The position numbers and the translations under genes are program-made. A DNA stretch of 64,000 bases from Zygnema circumcarinatum SAG 698-1b (lineage: Eukaryota; Plantae; Zygnematophyceae), in NCBI GenBank assembly GCA_037447605.1, contig CM074821.1:1054001-1118000 (forward strand), written 5' to 3'. Numbering within the stretch: position 1 is the stretch's first letter; every line of letters starts with the position of its first letter. The notes under the pieces were generated by a model that did not search any database, was not told the origin of the DNA, and saw nothing but the letters and a program-made list of their open reading frames with translations. Positions 12,001 through 24,530 of the stretch are shown one piece after another.

Positions 12001-14729
12001 GTTGAACAGGGTGCAAACGTCAACCAGACAGGTAATGCACACTTGCAACTCAGCGGGTGCGTAACCTTTACTTCCTTTTATTTTGTAGAATGGGGCAGAC
12101 AGGTGTGATGCTGGCAGTGCTCTAAGTGGTTTGGAGCACCCATGCAGTGGACATTATCCATAATAGCCCTAAAAAATGACGCATAGCAGGAATGACAGGT
12201 GAAGCTCCTCGTAAGGGGCTGGTTTAACACGAAATGAATATACGGTGGGCTCGAGTAACGAGTTAAGGAATGGATGATGTGACAGCTGATCATGAAATGT
12301 GAGCGAGCATTGCTCAATTGAATGCGTGGAGGATGCTAGGCACTTGATGTAGTGAGCTCGTCAATCCTTTTATGTGATACACAGCGTTGGGAGTTCCGTG
12401 AGTTACAGCGATGACACAATATAGGGATTGGCCAACACTCTTCGATGGTTACGGCACATATGTAAACCACGTGTGTTGTAGGATACACGTGAAGTTGATT
12501 CCAATCGCAGAATACCTTATCTGATGCGTTTTGTTGCTGACTTCGGAAAAACGGCCGAAGTTTGCTTGTAAGCCCTCTCGCTGAGCAGGCTGATTACTCC
12601 TTCTATTTAGGCCTCGCGCTCGGCTCGAGTGGCGACTAGTACGTGGACTTTAACTGTTGATTTCTGAAAAGAAATAATTTCAACTGCATTCCGCCGTTGA
12701 CGGGGCTCCCACTGGCAGTGCCACATTCAATCACGTATGTTCACGCAAGTAGTAAATTTTTGCGCGACCCCCTCCATTTACAAAGTCTTGACTATGTGCT
12801 CAGAATTCTAGGATTATAGAAAGAGTGGTTCTGGGAAGCTATCCTCCTCGCTATGGGGCCACTTCAGGAGCTAGAAACTTGATCTTCAATTGATTCTGTG
12901 CAGTAAAATCAGGGAAACTACAAACAGAATCGACGAAAGAAGATCGGTCCATTTGCTTATCGCAAAGAGGACTAGTCGTTTGAAGATGTCTGCGCTGTAG
13001 ACATATGGATCAGGGAGGCGTCCGATAAATTATGCTTTTGGGGCTTCTGCCTTTGAGCATGCCACCTGACCATTGTTTTGGTTGAGAGTGCATGCCAGGT
13101 CCTTCTCTAATGAAAGAACGGCAAGGCCTGAAAGTGTGCTTTTGGATAAAGATGGAGCAGAAGCAAGCACTTCAGAAGATCACTGATGCACAACTTTCAC
13201 AAGTTCAATTTTAGACTCACACCGCTGACTTAGACCGCTTATGAGAAGATCATAACCCCCCTTGCTTTTCAGCGCAACCATACCGGCTGACGTCCATCCT
13301 TGTTTAGGTATGACTGTTGAAAGGTTGTTTCTACTAACTTATTCTCCTCCTCCCCCCCTTCTCTTCCTCTGTCTCTCTTGCTCTCTCCCTCTCCCTCTCT
13401 CTCTCCCTTCTTCTCGCCCCCTCCTTCCATTCTTCTTTTCTTGATTCTTTTTCTCTGCACTCTCCATTATTGTGGATTGGGGTGTGGATGGCTGGTTACT
13501 GCAACGCCTCCCTGTGATGGTCCTCTCCTGATGGCGTGCGAACAGCGGATGATGCAGACGGCCGGGGCGGGACGCCTTTGCTAGATGCGCTCAAGGGGGG
13601 CCATGACCGTGCAGCTAAACTTCTCATCGAACATGGGGCTGTAGCTTCGGACAGAGTAAGAACTAGCAACGTTTCGTATTCAAAATGTTATGAGTCCCTG
13701 GGAAACAGACCCATTCATTTCAGGCTTGTTGCAAAACGAAATGGCTCGACAATTATCCCCAACATAGGACGGGGCAATGTCGGGGAAATGGAAGAGAAGA
13801 GGAGTTTGGAAGGCAAATCAGATTGAAGCACAGGAATTAGGATAACGAAGAAATTCTCCTCTTTTTTTGTGGGTTGCAAGAGAATAGACTAGATGAGGTC
13901 CCTTTCTAACCAACCTTGTACGAGATTGCTGGCGGGTCTTCCAGGAAGTTGGTGTAGAATTGTGTAGAGCCGCAGCCACAGGAAACTTGGATTACCTCCG
14001 CAGGTTGGTGGAAAGTGCGAAATGCAATCCAAACACGAGAGATTATGACCAGAGAACGCCCCTCCATCTCGCAGCAGCCGAGGGAATGTATCCTGCAGTA
14101 CACATCCTTCTGAGAGCGGGGGCAGATCCGATGGCTGAAGACAGGTGAGAATTAGCCCGACGATCTCCATTCAAAGTATGAACACAATCCATTCGATGTC
14201 CTTCCTCGGTCATGGGAAAAACAAGCGCCCCTGGGCTCCATAAAGTAGCATGGGAGAGAGAGAGGGAGAGAGAGAGAAAGAGAGAGAGAGGAGGTAGGAG
14301 AGGTTGGAGAGGTGGGAGAGAGGTGGTCAGCATGTTGACTATTGGCTAGTACGGTCTGCTGAAGGAAGTTAGATTTCCGTGATCCATGATAACAAAACCT
14401 GTAGCCTCGTCATCCAATGAATCGTACGTATGCGGGTCTATCGGTGCTAGGCATCTTACTAGCAGTAATCTATATACACCCTTGATTTTCTGGACATAAG
14501 CTCTTCTATTACTTCCTGCAGACATGGGTTTACTCCGCTGGATGAAGCAAAGCGATCCAAGCAGACGATGGTAGTGGAGCTTCTTGAAGAGTATATCAAC
14601 TCCCAGGAGAGCCGGCAGATGGGAGAAGACGCAGGCCCCTCGTCTTCTCCAACAGAGGACGGACCCCTTCACGATCTCAGAGAGCCTGCAAAAGGATGGA
14701 AGAGACAATCGGAGGGGGAGCAGCAGTAG
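9019..14729 (+). CDS. DOG1-domain protein fused to about 5-6 C-terminal ankyrin repeats, 9 exons
   Basis: Exons 9019-9280, 9484-9629, 9875-9952, 10702-10893, 11053-11274, 11956-12031, 13558-13655, 13945-14144, 14522-14729 give one frame; intron 10894-11052 is GC-AG. DOG1-type motifs: FKEFYDGW, GLWRTPLE, FIWLGGWRP, ADNLRLQTL, ILTPMQAAQYL. Ankyrin motifs: DYEGRTPLHLAA, DGRGGTPLLDA, DYDQRTPLHLAA, DRHGFTPLDEA. No bZIP region seen. Confidence 0.88.
10023..10090 (+). repeat. (ATATC)n-type microsatellite in a DOG1-ankyrin intron
   Basis: tatcatatcatatatatgtattgtatcatatcatatcatatc run, read directly. Confidence 0.75.
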
Positions 14730-16319
14730 AGGCCATCCCGTATCCTACTTTTACTGCCAGAAGGCGACCAAGGTAGAGTGCTGACCCTCAGCCTTTCATA
14801 TATGGTGGGATTCAGTGGACAGACCCTCAAATAGTGTTTGTGAATCTTGGAAAACTCGGAGGGGTTTGGCTTCGGGAGTTGTTTCAGAAAGCTGTACTAC
14901 TTGTTTCGTGGGAAACACTTTTTTTGAACTCTAGATTTTTGGAAGATTTCCAAGATTAACAAGGCCTACTGTTGAGCGAAGCCCTTCCTACTGTATCCTC
15001 CTGCAGTTTCCTAGGGGAGCCCACGACTAGTTCATTCATAGTTTAGAGCGTTTGGTTTGAGCTCTCGAGTGTGTCATGTGAAATGACAAGCTAGCCGTCA
15101 CTCCACGTCACATCCGTCACACTATGTCCAGGTTAAATGTAACAACTCTTCTATAAAACCTTTGACTTATGGTTCCGCGCATGGGGTTTGGGGTCCTTTG
15201 TACATTCAGATGGGAAGACTGCGGTTCTTCATTCAAATGTCCGACATCGGAATAGCTGCAGGTTGCAGGGCGAACAAGGTTAAGCAATAGAAGAAAAATA
15301 AAATCGAAAGAAAACGGGGAATGACAGTGAAGCCGCCTTTGCAGCAGCTCTAGCGGTTGCTTCAAGCTGTCGAGTGGAGGCATTTTGGAGCAAAGTGTGA
15401 TCTAAAAATATGTTAACTTTTTGGGACCTTAAGGACGAGGTATTAGCATGTACAGCTCAGGAGAGGGTCCACGCTTCAGGAGTCCAATCTTAGATTGTTT
15501 GGTTCTATCACGTAGGTCGTTAGATGTAATCCCTCCCATGGACCGCAGATGGGGCCCTTCTCCGCTCCCTTTGTGGTGAAAGCACATAGAAACGATCTTA
15601 TGGTTGCTCGCGGTTCTCGATGTTTATGAACTGTAGGCCTCTTTGCGATATTAGGACTGAAAGGGAGAGACGGAGAGAAGGCGAGAGAGAGGGAGAGGAA
15701 GAGGGGAGGGAGAGGGAGAGGGGGAGAGGGGGGGCTAGGGAAGAGAGTGAGAGAGAGCGGGATAGGAGGGAGGTGGGAGAGAGAGGGGAGACGGAGGAGA
15801 GGAGAGGTGAGAAAGCTGAGGTAGGCATTGATTGATTTCCTTGCTTTGACGTATAGTTAGCGGGCATCCGTTGAAGGGGTTGAGGTCTACGCGGAATGTT
15901 CCATGATGCCCCACAGCGACAGTCCAATCATAACGGGAGGAGAAAGAAACTGTGTACTTCCGTTCGCTGCAAAAATTCGTAGAGCGGCTTTTAATCTCTG
16001 CCTGGAAGCAGTGTGTTGTTGCTGTTTGGTTCAGAATGTTGTGAAGGTTCTCTGCTTGCATAGAGAGTTGGATAAATGTGAGGACGGAGAGGGAGAGAGA
16101 CAGAGAGTGGAGGAGAGTGAGAGGGAGGGAGAGAGAGAGAGTGAGAGAGGGGGGTGGGGATGGGAAAGAGCGTGAGGGGACAGGCAGATAGAACAGAGAC
16201 AAAGACAGGCATACAGACACACAATTGGCGAAGCACATCAATCATCACAAAGGAAACAAAAAATAAGGGGAATGGCAACTTTTTTTGGCTTGTCATCTTC
16301 AAGGGTCGAGGCATTGGTT

Positions 16320-16560
16320 CGCGGTTCAAACTTTAACCTCTAAATCGGCAGTACTTGTCTGGGTAAAGCGGTTCTCTTTTGGTCGCCTTCCGCTCCTAGC
16401 TTTTTTCTTTTGTCCTTAGGTCTTTTGTGACCAGTTCCTCGTAGTTCCCCATGATGATTTTGTCCATGTACATTTGATGGCATCGCCATCGTGAGGTCAA
16501 TGCCACATCTCCTCTTTTGGTAATTGTCCCAAACTAGTGCCAATGATTGGCACAGCCTAG
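16320..16560 (-). repeat. Dispersed repeat family copy A (other copies at 19740, 44225, 56340)
   Basis: Reverse complement carries the core GATGGCGATGCCATCAAATGTACATGGACAAAATCATCATGGGGAACTACGAGGAACTGGTCACAAAAGACCTAAGG shared with the other three loci. Confidence 0.7.
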
Positions 16561-17173
16561 GGATGCATCCAATGGTGGCGGACCAAGCAACCATTGGCAA
16601 CTTCTCCACCCATTGATTGACTGACCCAAGAGCCATTGGAAATGGTTCCATCGATTGCTTGTCAATGGTTGGCAAGAGTTGGGCAGCCAAAAAAAAAAAA
16701 ATGGCAGTCGGAAATCTCGATTCCACAGTAAAGCAAACGCTTCACATGGAAACACAATTTCTATGCATGTCAGTAGCAACTGCCACAGTACGCTGTAGCA
16801 TGGAACAGTCATACGGAGAACCCCACAAACCGACAAAACGTCCCCCTCTCGGCGCGCCCTCAAAGGACAGCTTCACGGCCGTTAAACTGAACGACATGAC
16901 ACTCGTTTCCTCCGAGAAATGGACGTGTCACGTCACGCCTCTAACCCTAATTCTCCCTCTCCCCCTCCCTCCCTCCCTCCCTCTTCCTCTCTCTCTCTCT
17001 TCCTCCCCTTCCTATCTCTCTCTCTCTCCCCCCTCTTCCTCTCTTGCCTCTGAGCCCTTTAATCTACTCCACCCTCCGACCTTTTGCTTCTCCTGTTTAT
17101 TTTTTATTCGCTTGGCCTGAGCAGTTTTTTAGGGTTCCTGCTTTCAGTCGAGGGGGATGCCCGAGCTCCATTA

Positions 17174-19000
17174 ATGGCGCCCTGCCGACCTCTCCTCCTT
17201 TCTGCGCTTCTTCTCATTTTGCTTGCGTCGACGGCCGCTGACAATTCGGAGATATTTATTTTTTCAAAATGCAACCACAAGTCCGGGCCGGTGGGTCAAT
17301 GTCGCAGAACCGCAGAAATTGTCCAAGAAATTTAATTTAAGAAAGTGTACCTGAAATGATTTTTTAAAGACACGGAAGTTCTATGACAATGGCCTTTGCA
17401 GCCTTTGAAAAAAAGCTTTCAATGAGGGTAGAAGCTCGCACCATCAATCCATGAACCCTGAAGGCCCTGCAAGGCTTTAAAAGTGCAATTATTCCCAAGT
17501 CGAGGGTTTTTTAAAAAGTTGAGATTGAGATTTTCAGGGTTTTCTGATCACATTGCGTGTTGAGTTCAGTTTCTTAACCCCCGGTAAAATTCCTCGTCCT
17601 AAAACATCCCCCCCTCCCCTAACCCCCTCCCACCATTTTTTTCTGGTTATTGGTGCAGGTCTGTACTGAGGGCAGTCGAATATTTGCGTCGGAATGTGCG
17701 GCAGAAGCCGCTGCAGCTCGCATTCTACATTATGGTGAAGCCTCAACGCTACTATTCTGAGGGGGAGAGAGAGAGGGAGAGTGAGAGAGAGGAGGGAGGA
17801 GGAGATTGAGAAGGAAAGAGAAAGGGTGGGGTAGTGGCAGAAAAGGAGGGACGGAAGAGAGAGGGGGAGAGAAATTTTCCATTCGACTGCGGAAGCACTA
17901 ACTTGATCATCTGTCGATGAGAATTTCGGTTTGATGATGATGGTAATACATGCGATGAACTTGTTTTATACGTCCTTTCAGTCTTTCCCTTTCACCAGAT
18001 GGAAAGAGCCTCAAATCTCTGCTTTTTTTTTTTCCTATTCAGGTGAATGCAACAGGGAATCAGATCCGCTCCGCTGTCCTGTTAAGTGCTTGTGTCCAAA
18101 ACCGTAAGTTTTCATCGACCTCTCAATTTGATTTATGTACGTTCTTATCACAAGAGTGAGAGGGAGAGAGAAAGTGATTGAGGGAGACACAGAGAGAGAG
18201 AAGGGGGGGAGAACCATACAACGTTGTGCTGAAAGACAAAGCACTTTGAAACTAGCAATACTTGCTTTAGATGGAGAGAGTGAAGGTGGCTCCCATTTTC
18301 ATTTTCATTTCCAGTCTTTCATTTGCTTTCTGACCTGCAAGGCCTTTCTAAGTCAATATCTGACGTTTTGGGGCTTGGTCGTGGGCACGTCGGGGGAGTT
18401 GTGCAGAGTTTGCGGGGAAGACTTTGTTACCTACTGGTGAGGGGCTTTCTTTCTCTACCAGTAGGGCTTAGGGGTTACATGACCATTCCACACCTTCAAA
18501 AACTCCCTCCCTCCCTCCCTTCCCCTCCTCCCTCTCCTCCATCCCTCCTCCCCCCCCCTCCTCCCTCCCCGCCCTCCCTTCCCTCCCTTCCCTCCCTCCC
18601 TCCCCCTCCTCCCTCTCCCCCATCCCTCTCCTCCCTCCCCCCATTTCCTCCCCGCCCTCCCTTCCCTCCCTCCCGTCTCGCCCTCCCTCCATTCCCCCCC
18701 TTCCTCCTCCCTTCACTCCCCCTCCGTCTCTCCCTGCCCCTCCCCCTTTGTTCCTCCTTCCTTCCCTCCCTTCTTAAACATCCAAAGAATATTCATGCCA
18801 TCCACCTCGATGCGGGTCATGGGTACAGGTGTGGCCCTCCCGCCGCTCGATGTGCGGGGGTCTCCGTTGCGCACGACGGATTGTGTCCACAGGGAAACAC
18901 GGGTCTGGGGATGACCCCGAGGGCGTGGGAGTCCCTTCTTTTGGTCCACTTAGTGTGGCTCGGCCTCGCTCTGGGGATGGTGCTGGCAGGGGTGCTATAG
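17174..19000 (+). CDS. Kazal-type serine protease inhibitor family protein: signal peptide, two Kazal-like domains, C-terminal hydrophobic segment; 5 exons
   Basis: Exons 17174-17290, 17659-17734, 18043-18103, 18407-18436, 18829-19000 (all GT-AG, phases consistent) give MAPCRPLLLSALLLILLASTAA...KCNHKSGPVCTEGSRIFASEC...HYGEC...CPVKCLCPKPVCGEDFVTYWCGPPAARCAGV...LLLVHLVWLGLALGMVLAGVL. PVCGED.VTYWCG and LLLVH.VW match the land-plant Kazal inhibitor family. Confidence 0.85.
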
Positions 19001-19739
19001 GATTTTTTTATTTTTTTTAAAGATAATATAAATAATAACAATGATAAATAGTAATGGGGGTGAATAGGGAGAAGAATTCTTTATTTCATTGTGAATAAAT
19101 TTTGAAGTGAATAAGCTTTTCTGGCGGACCAATTGACAGAGGTTGGGTCTGTGGGAGAGTAGAAAGGCGAAGGGGCCATTTTGTGTACTTAGCTTATATT
19201 GAAGGGGCCCGTAAAAATCGTCACGAAAATATTGGCTGTGGACTCTTTTGTCTATTCTTTTCTTATTTTATTTTTTATTTTAATAAAAAGCAATCATTTG
19301 TTTGTGTACTCGAGTTGAAATATTTTGGTGTTAGTTTTCATTCCGTATTTGGAGGATCGAAAATTAGTTTTCATATGAGTTTTCTGGAACCCCATAGTAA
19401 AAGCCTAAAGACCCCAAAACCCATAAAACGTAAAACCCATAAAACTTAAAACCCAAAAAGTCCTAAGAAAACCCAACCCCCTGAAAGCCCGAGCTCTTGA
19501 CATTCTGAAAACCTGAAACCCTACGACCCCTAAGAACTCCAAAGAACTCTAATAACACGAAAATATAAATGTCCACTTTCAGACAACCGTTGCCCGCTAG
19601 TATCCGTTCACCCTTTCGGCTGTAAAATGTGGGCGCGTATTCAATGTGGGGTAACACTAAGCACATGAGCGGCGCTGCAGAATTGGCCAAACTGGTCCAA
19701 AAATGGTCTGTCAGGACCCCTCTAGGCCCAAGGTAGAAA

Positions 19740-19990
19740 AGCCCAATTGCAAAACAAGCAACAGCGTAATGGAGGAAGGAAAATGGCATTGGTCTCACGA
19801 TGGCAAGGCTATCAAATGTACATGGACAAAAGCAGCATGGGGAACCACGAGGGACTGGTCGCTAAGGACCTAAGCACAAAAGACAACCGCGACAAAGGCG
19901 GCAGCAAACGGCCAGTCGGGCCAGCCGGCAACCATACGGTTCTCTGGGCTACCGGCCAAGGCTTAGCCTCATTGAAAATTTGAACGTTTC
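19740..19990 (+). repeat. Dispersed repeat family copy B, inverted relative to copy A
   Basis: CACGATGGCAAGGCTATCAAATGTACATGGACAAAAGCAGCATGGGGAACCACGAGGGACTGGTCGCTAAGGACCTAAGCACAAAAGAC matches 56350-56445 and the reverse complement of 16410-16495. Confidence 0.7.
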
Positions 19991-20352
19991 TGGGCATTCA
20001 TTTCTGTCTACTGATTTAATTACGGTAGATTGAAGGCGAGAATAAGACACTGGGAGAAAAAAGAATATTATATCAACATCAGACTAATTGAATTCAATTG
20101 GTGATGAGATTTTTGTTTAAAAACAGTCGGAAGGGGCAGATATAACTGCCATACAGAACACAACTGATTAGGTCGTAGTTCACGACAGGACAGCCCAGCA
20201 TGGAACGGCAATCTTTGCATCCCTACTGCCTCCCAACACATCTCCCTCCCTAGAGGCTGACGATGAATGGCGAAACTAATCCACAAATGCGAACAAGCAC
20301 AAATCCTAATTCCTACCCCTAAAAGCCCGCCTATTCCGAACCCATTATTACT

Positions 20353-23300
20353 TCAGGCAGCAGCCGCTACCTCTCCCAGCCTTTCCAGCACCAGCATTGT
20401 AGCCTTAGAAAAGCTGACGTCCTCAAAGTTGAGGCCGTGCTTCTCACATAGATCCTTCACAGGCTTGGAAATATACTTCAAGTTATGTCGAGGAAGTGTT
20501 GGGAAGAGGTGATGTTCAACCTGCCGGTTCAGTCCTCCCGTGAACCAGTCGTTGAAGAGGGAGCCATTCACATCTCTTGTTGAGACAATCTGTGAGAGGA
20601 ACAACATGAAGTCAGAGGAGAGGTTCATTCCCAAACGGAAGGTACTGAAAGATAAGTTTTAAGCTACCCTCCATAGTAAGGCTAGCCTATAATGGGTGGT
20701 CGTGCTGCAGAAAGTTGATCAACTGAATGAGAGAGCTTGAGTGATGCATCGTAAAGCCAAAGCCTAAGGGAGAAAGGAAGGTCGCGAAAGTTCTTGATCT
20801 GAATGATAACAAAGTATACTTTCAGCCTGCTGAACAACACATGGCTCATCTAAACGCTGACTAAAATTTGGCATTGAAACACTCTACGTTGCAATGAAAA
20901 AAAGTAATAAACAACACGAACTCAGCAATAAAACTTCTCCTAATGTTGTAGTGTACAGTATCACACCTTGTTCCTTGCATCAGAAAAAGGTTTGTCAAGT
21001 AGACCCACCTGGGCGCTGTAAAAGTCTCTTGCATCATTGTAGATCTCCATTCCATTGTGACTTTGTACGAATACGAAGCCGAGAAGGAAACCACTAAGAA
21101 TATCCGCCCCAATGGCCCAAAGTAGGGCCTTCCCAGGCGGCAAGCATCCAAAAGCGATAGCAAAGAGTCCCCCCCAGTGCAGCGAAAGAGAGGCGATTTC
21201 TAAAACTCGCTTTTGAGAGGTCATGGGTGCATAAAGCACATGTAGCCAGCTAGAATGCAGCCTGCAGTCACGCAGAAGGGCAGAAAATGGAGAATTCGTG
21301 AGATATCCGACGCATCGTTTTCTTCACGAGGATTTCAAAAACATGAACTCCTGATACTAGTTTCTGAGGACATAGTACTTAGAGATACTTCGATGGAGAG
21401 GAATGCACGACTACTCACCACGCAAGCCGAGCGAAGAGAAGGATCGGGAAGAAGAGAATCTTTTGCCATCGCAGGAATTTGCGAACAGCCTTTGATTCCA
21501 CAGTCTCCAACATTTGCTTGCTCCAAGCAACAATGGGAATGGTGTCGATGTCTGGATCAACGGCATGATAAGTCTCATCACACTCGTTGGGAGCAGCATG
21601 ATGTAAATTGTGTTTTGATGTCCACCATGACTCGGAAAATCCAATTGCGACATTGCCAAGGAGATAGCCTCCTATCAAATGGTTTAGAGTTCGCGACTTG
21701 AACACCTGCAAGAGCGTAAGTAGGGTTCCACAAAGTGAGCTTTACAGGAACAGAAACCTTGGATCGGTTTATAGACGAAGGTAAGAATCAGAGAAAATGA
21801 ACAAATGAGCAAGGCAGCATTGCATTAAGACTGGAATGTTGTAAACTACGAAAAACAGATTATAACACAATGTAATGATGCTGCAAGGTTATGCTAGCAT
21901 GATTCTCAAGTAATCATCAGGACAGAACCTCAAAATAACTCAACTGCTAAGTGATTCACACATTCTCAAGCGGGAATAGAAATGCCAATCTCCACTCAAA
22001 CTCAAACGTCCAAAATGCAGTACACTTATGTTGAATTGCACCTCAACCATAACCGCCTACGACTTCCTAGACATAAAATGCAAAAAGCAAGGCACTTAAA
22101 CACAAAACTCCCCGCATTCCTGGATCCCCTATGCCAGAACCATCTACAGACACCAAACCAAGCAAATCATTGCCTGTAAAACCTCAAACACATACCTGAT
22201 GATGCAGAAAGTCGTGCGCGAGCCACCCTGTCTGCTGGTAGAACAGGGCGAGAAGCGATGCAGAAAAGAGAACTGCCGGCAGTGAGCTTGTAGAAGCCAC
22301 GATGGCCCAGCTGGCAGCAAGAAGGCCTAAGGTGGAGAGAACCTTAACCAGGTAATACAATTTGCTCGATTCAAAAAGGCGGTTCCGCACCAAGGTGGCA
22401 CGAAGCTCGCGGAAGTCGCGCAGCAGTTCGGGAGGAGCTTCATCTTGCTGAAAAACGACAAAATGTAGCAGGAAATGTTTCAGCAAAAAACAGTAGGAAT
22501 TACAAGGATTTTTCATTCCTTCAGCAAGGGATTTGGCTAACCCAGAGACATGCACAATAATGCACCTATAAATAAGATACCAGTAGTAAGTGGTGGAGAG
22601 TTGGGCATCGGAGAAGAATGTAGCGGACCTGATAGTCTCCGATTTCAAACTGCTTCAGCAAACTCCATGTACTTCCTGCATGGAAGTTGCTGAACACATC
22701 CGTAGCATCTTTTCCTCCAAAGGCGAAGATTACAGGTCCTCCAGGATGCGTTTTTGCAAACTTGGTGACGTCATATACCTAGACAACAGGATATCACGAT
22801 CTCAGCAAGCAACAAACTTCTGAGATTTCGCAGTTATGATTCCCTCAACCCTCTCCGCCTGCAGACTCCTCTCGACAACCACTGATCTATCTCACAGGAT
22901 CTCCACAGATTAAACAGATCCATTGACAATCATCCATAGGCTTGATCCTGTACTGACATATCAGCTCTCCATACACCTAATTATCCGCCAGCTTGCATTT
23001 CATCACCTTTCAAAACTCCAATCAAGACTTCAACCTGCCTGAACCGAACAGACTCAAAGAACAAGATTTCGCCTCCCTGCAATGCATCCCCCCTCCGATG
23101 CCGCCTCCCCCTATTGACGCCTCCCTGGAACGCTACCTCTCTGAAGGGCTACCATCCTCCAAGAGGGAAAGGAAAGAGCCCCTCTCCTTGTGTGAGCCGC
23201 CATAGCATCTGCTCACCTTGTTCCGCACAACGACCCAGCAGTCCTCCGGCTCCGCATGCTTTGCAACATCGGAGAGGCGGTACTTCGGAAGGATCTCGTT

Positions 23301-23366
23301 ACAGTCCGCTGCTGCAGCAGCGGCCGCGGACAAGTCTGCAGAAAGGAGCCTCTCCCCGACACACAT
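20353..23366 (-). CDS. Front-end acyl-lipid desaturase with N-terminal cytochrome b5 domain (delta-6-like), 6 exons
   Basis: Minus-strand exons 23366-23217, 22778-22629, 22447-22196, 21705-21419, 21261-21009, 20589-20353. HPGG heme motif; His boxes HDFLHH, HNLHH and QVEHH (Gln-substituted third box typical of front-end desaturases); HHAAPNEC and DIDT.P motifs as in moss/liverwort delta-6 enzymes. Regiospecificity is inferred. Confidence 0.93.
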
Positions 23367-24530
23367 CTTGTACTCTCTCTCGCTCCCTCTTCCTCTTTCT
23401 CCCCCTCTCTCTCTCCCCCTCTCCGTCACCTCCCTATCCCTCACTCTCCCACTCCCTCTTCCTCTCTTCCTCTCCCTCTACCTCTCTCTCTGTCGCTCTC
23501 TGATGTCAACGCCAAGAGCGGCCTCGCGATTGGATCCTGCAGGCAATCTCTCTCTTGCCAGGTCTAAAGAACGTTCCAAATTTTTGCCCAAAAACTTTGA
23601 ATAAACTTCTTTGAATTTGGGCCCTCGATGCTTTTGAGCGGACGGTTACGAGTGACCGTCGTAACGTTCGTACGGAATATTTCGCTTCAGCGTCAGTAAA
23701 AAGTATTTACAGACCTGGCTCCACCCGGGCGGCGGCAGATGCGCTGCGGCGGTACGAGGCAGTTAGCGCGCTTTATTTCGTTTCCGGGCAGCGGGCAGCG
23801 AACGTTCCGACAAAAAAAGCGCTCTGGATGGGCCACGTCAGGAAAGCGGACGGAGGAAGAATCTTTTCGTTTTCGGGCAGACGGCCGCGGCCGCCGCGTT
23901 GCCGACCAAGAGCTGCCCGTATTTTTTTCACATTTATTTTTTATTTTAAATCGGGGTACACTTGCCGAGTCTATTTTGTCCAATGAGAATTTTCCGCGAA
24001 TTAAAATTGAACACGTGGGTGCTACATATATGATGCAGAACTCAACAATAATTTCGCAATTGAACGAGACCTCGAACTTTTGTTTTGAAGGCTCTCAAGC
24101 GGGCAGGGTTTTCTAAAAAAAAAAAGCTGCGACTTGCGTCCGTACGACAGCTGAAAAGCGCCACGTCGATCTCACAAAATCAGATATTTTGAAAACAGAT
24201 TTTTGAAAATCGAGCGGAATCGATCATCAATGGGATAATCCAAAAAGAAAAGAACGAACCTGCAATCTGTCTCGCATGTGGAATTGTTTAACGGCTAACG
24301 TAACAGGAACAGGTAGCAGAAAGTTCTTGTTTAACGTTACTGCAACTGGCATGTAGCTGTAAACATGTGTCGTCCTATTGCTGGAGAAGTCCCCTCTTGG
24401 CAGTTGGCCTCTTTGCCAGTTCAAGGAAGCGGAGCCGAGTACTATAGAGGTTCTCTCTCTCTATCTCTCTCTGTCTCTCTCTCCCTGACATTCTTCTAGA
24501 GGGCGTTTCTCTTCCCCTTCGCAGGGCAGG

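Noticed and set aside
13546-13557. Upstream alternative acceptor for ankyrin exon 7
   Set aside because: In frame, but it adds four residues that break the NQTD-GRGGTPL ankyrin spacing; 13558 preferred.
15598-16329. Overlapping ORFs in GA-rich DNA
   Set aside because: Low-complexity purine tracts with no domain or coherent splice model.
18323-18828. N-terminal Pro-rich part of the 225-aa ORF
   Set aside because: It is the C/T-rich last intron of the Kazal gene; only 18407-18436 and 18829-19000 are exonic.
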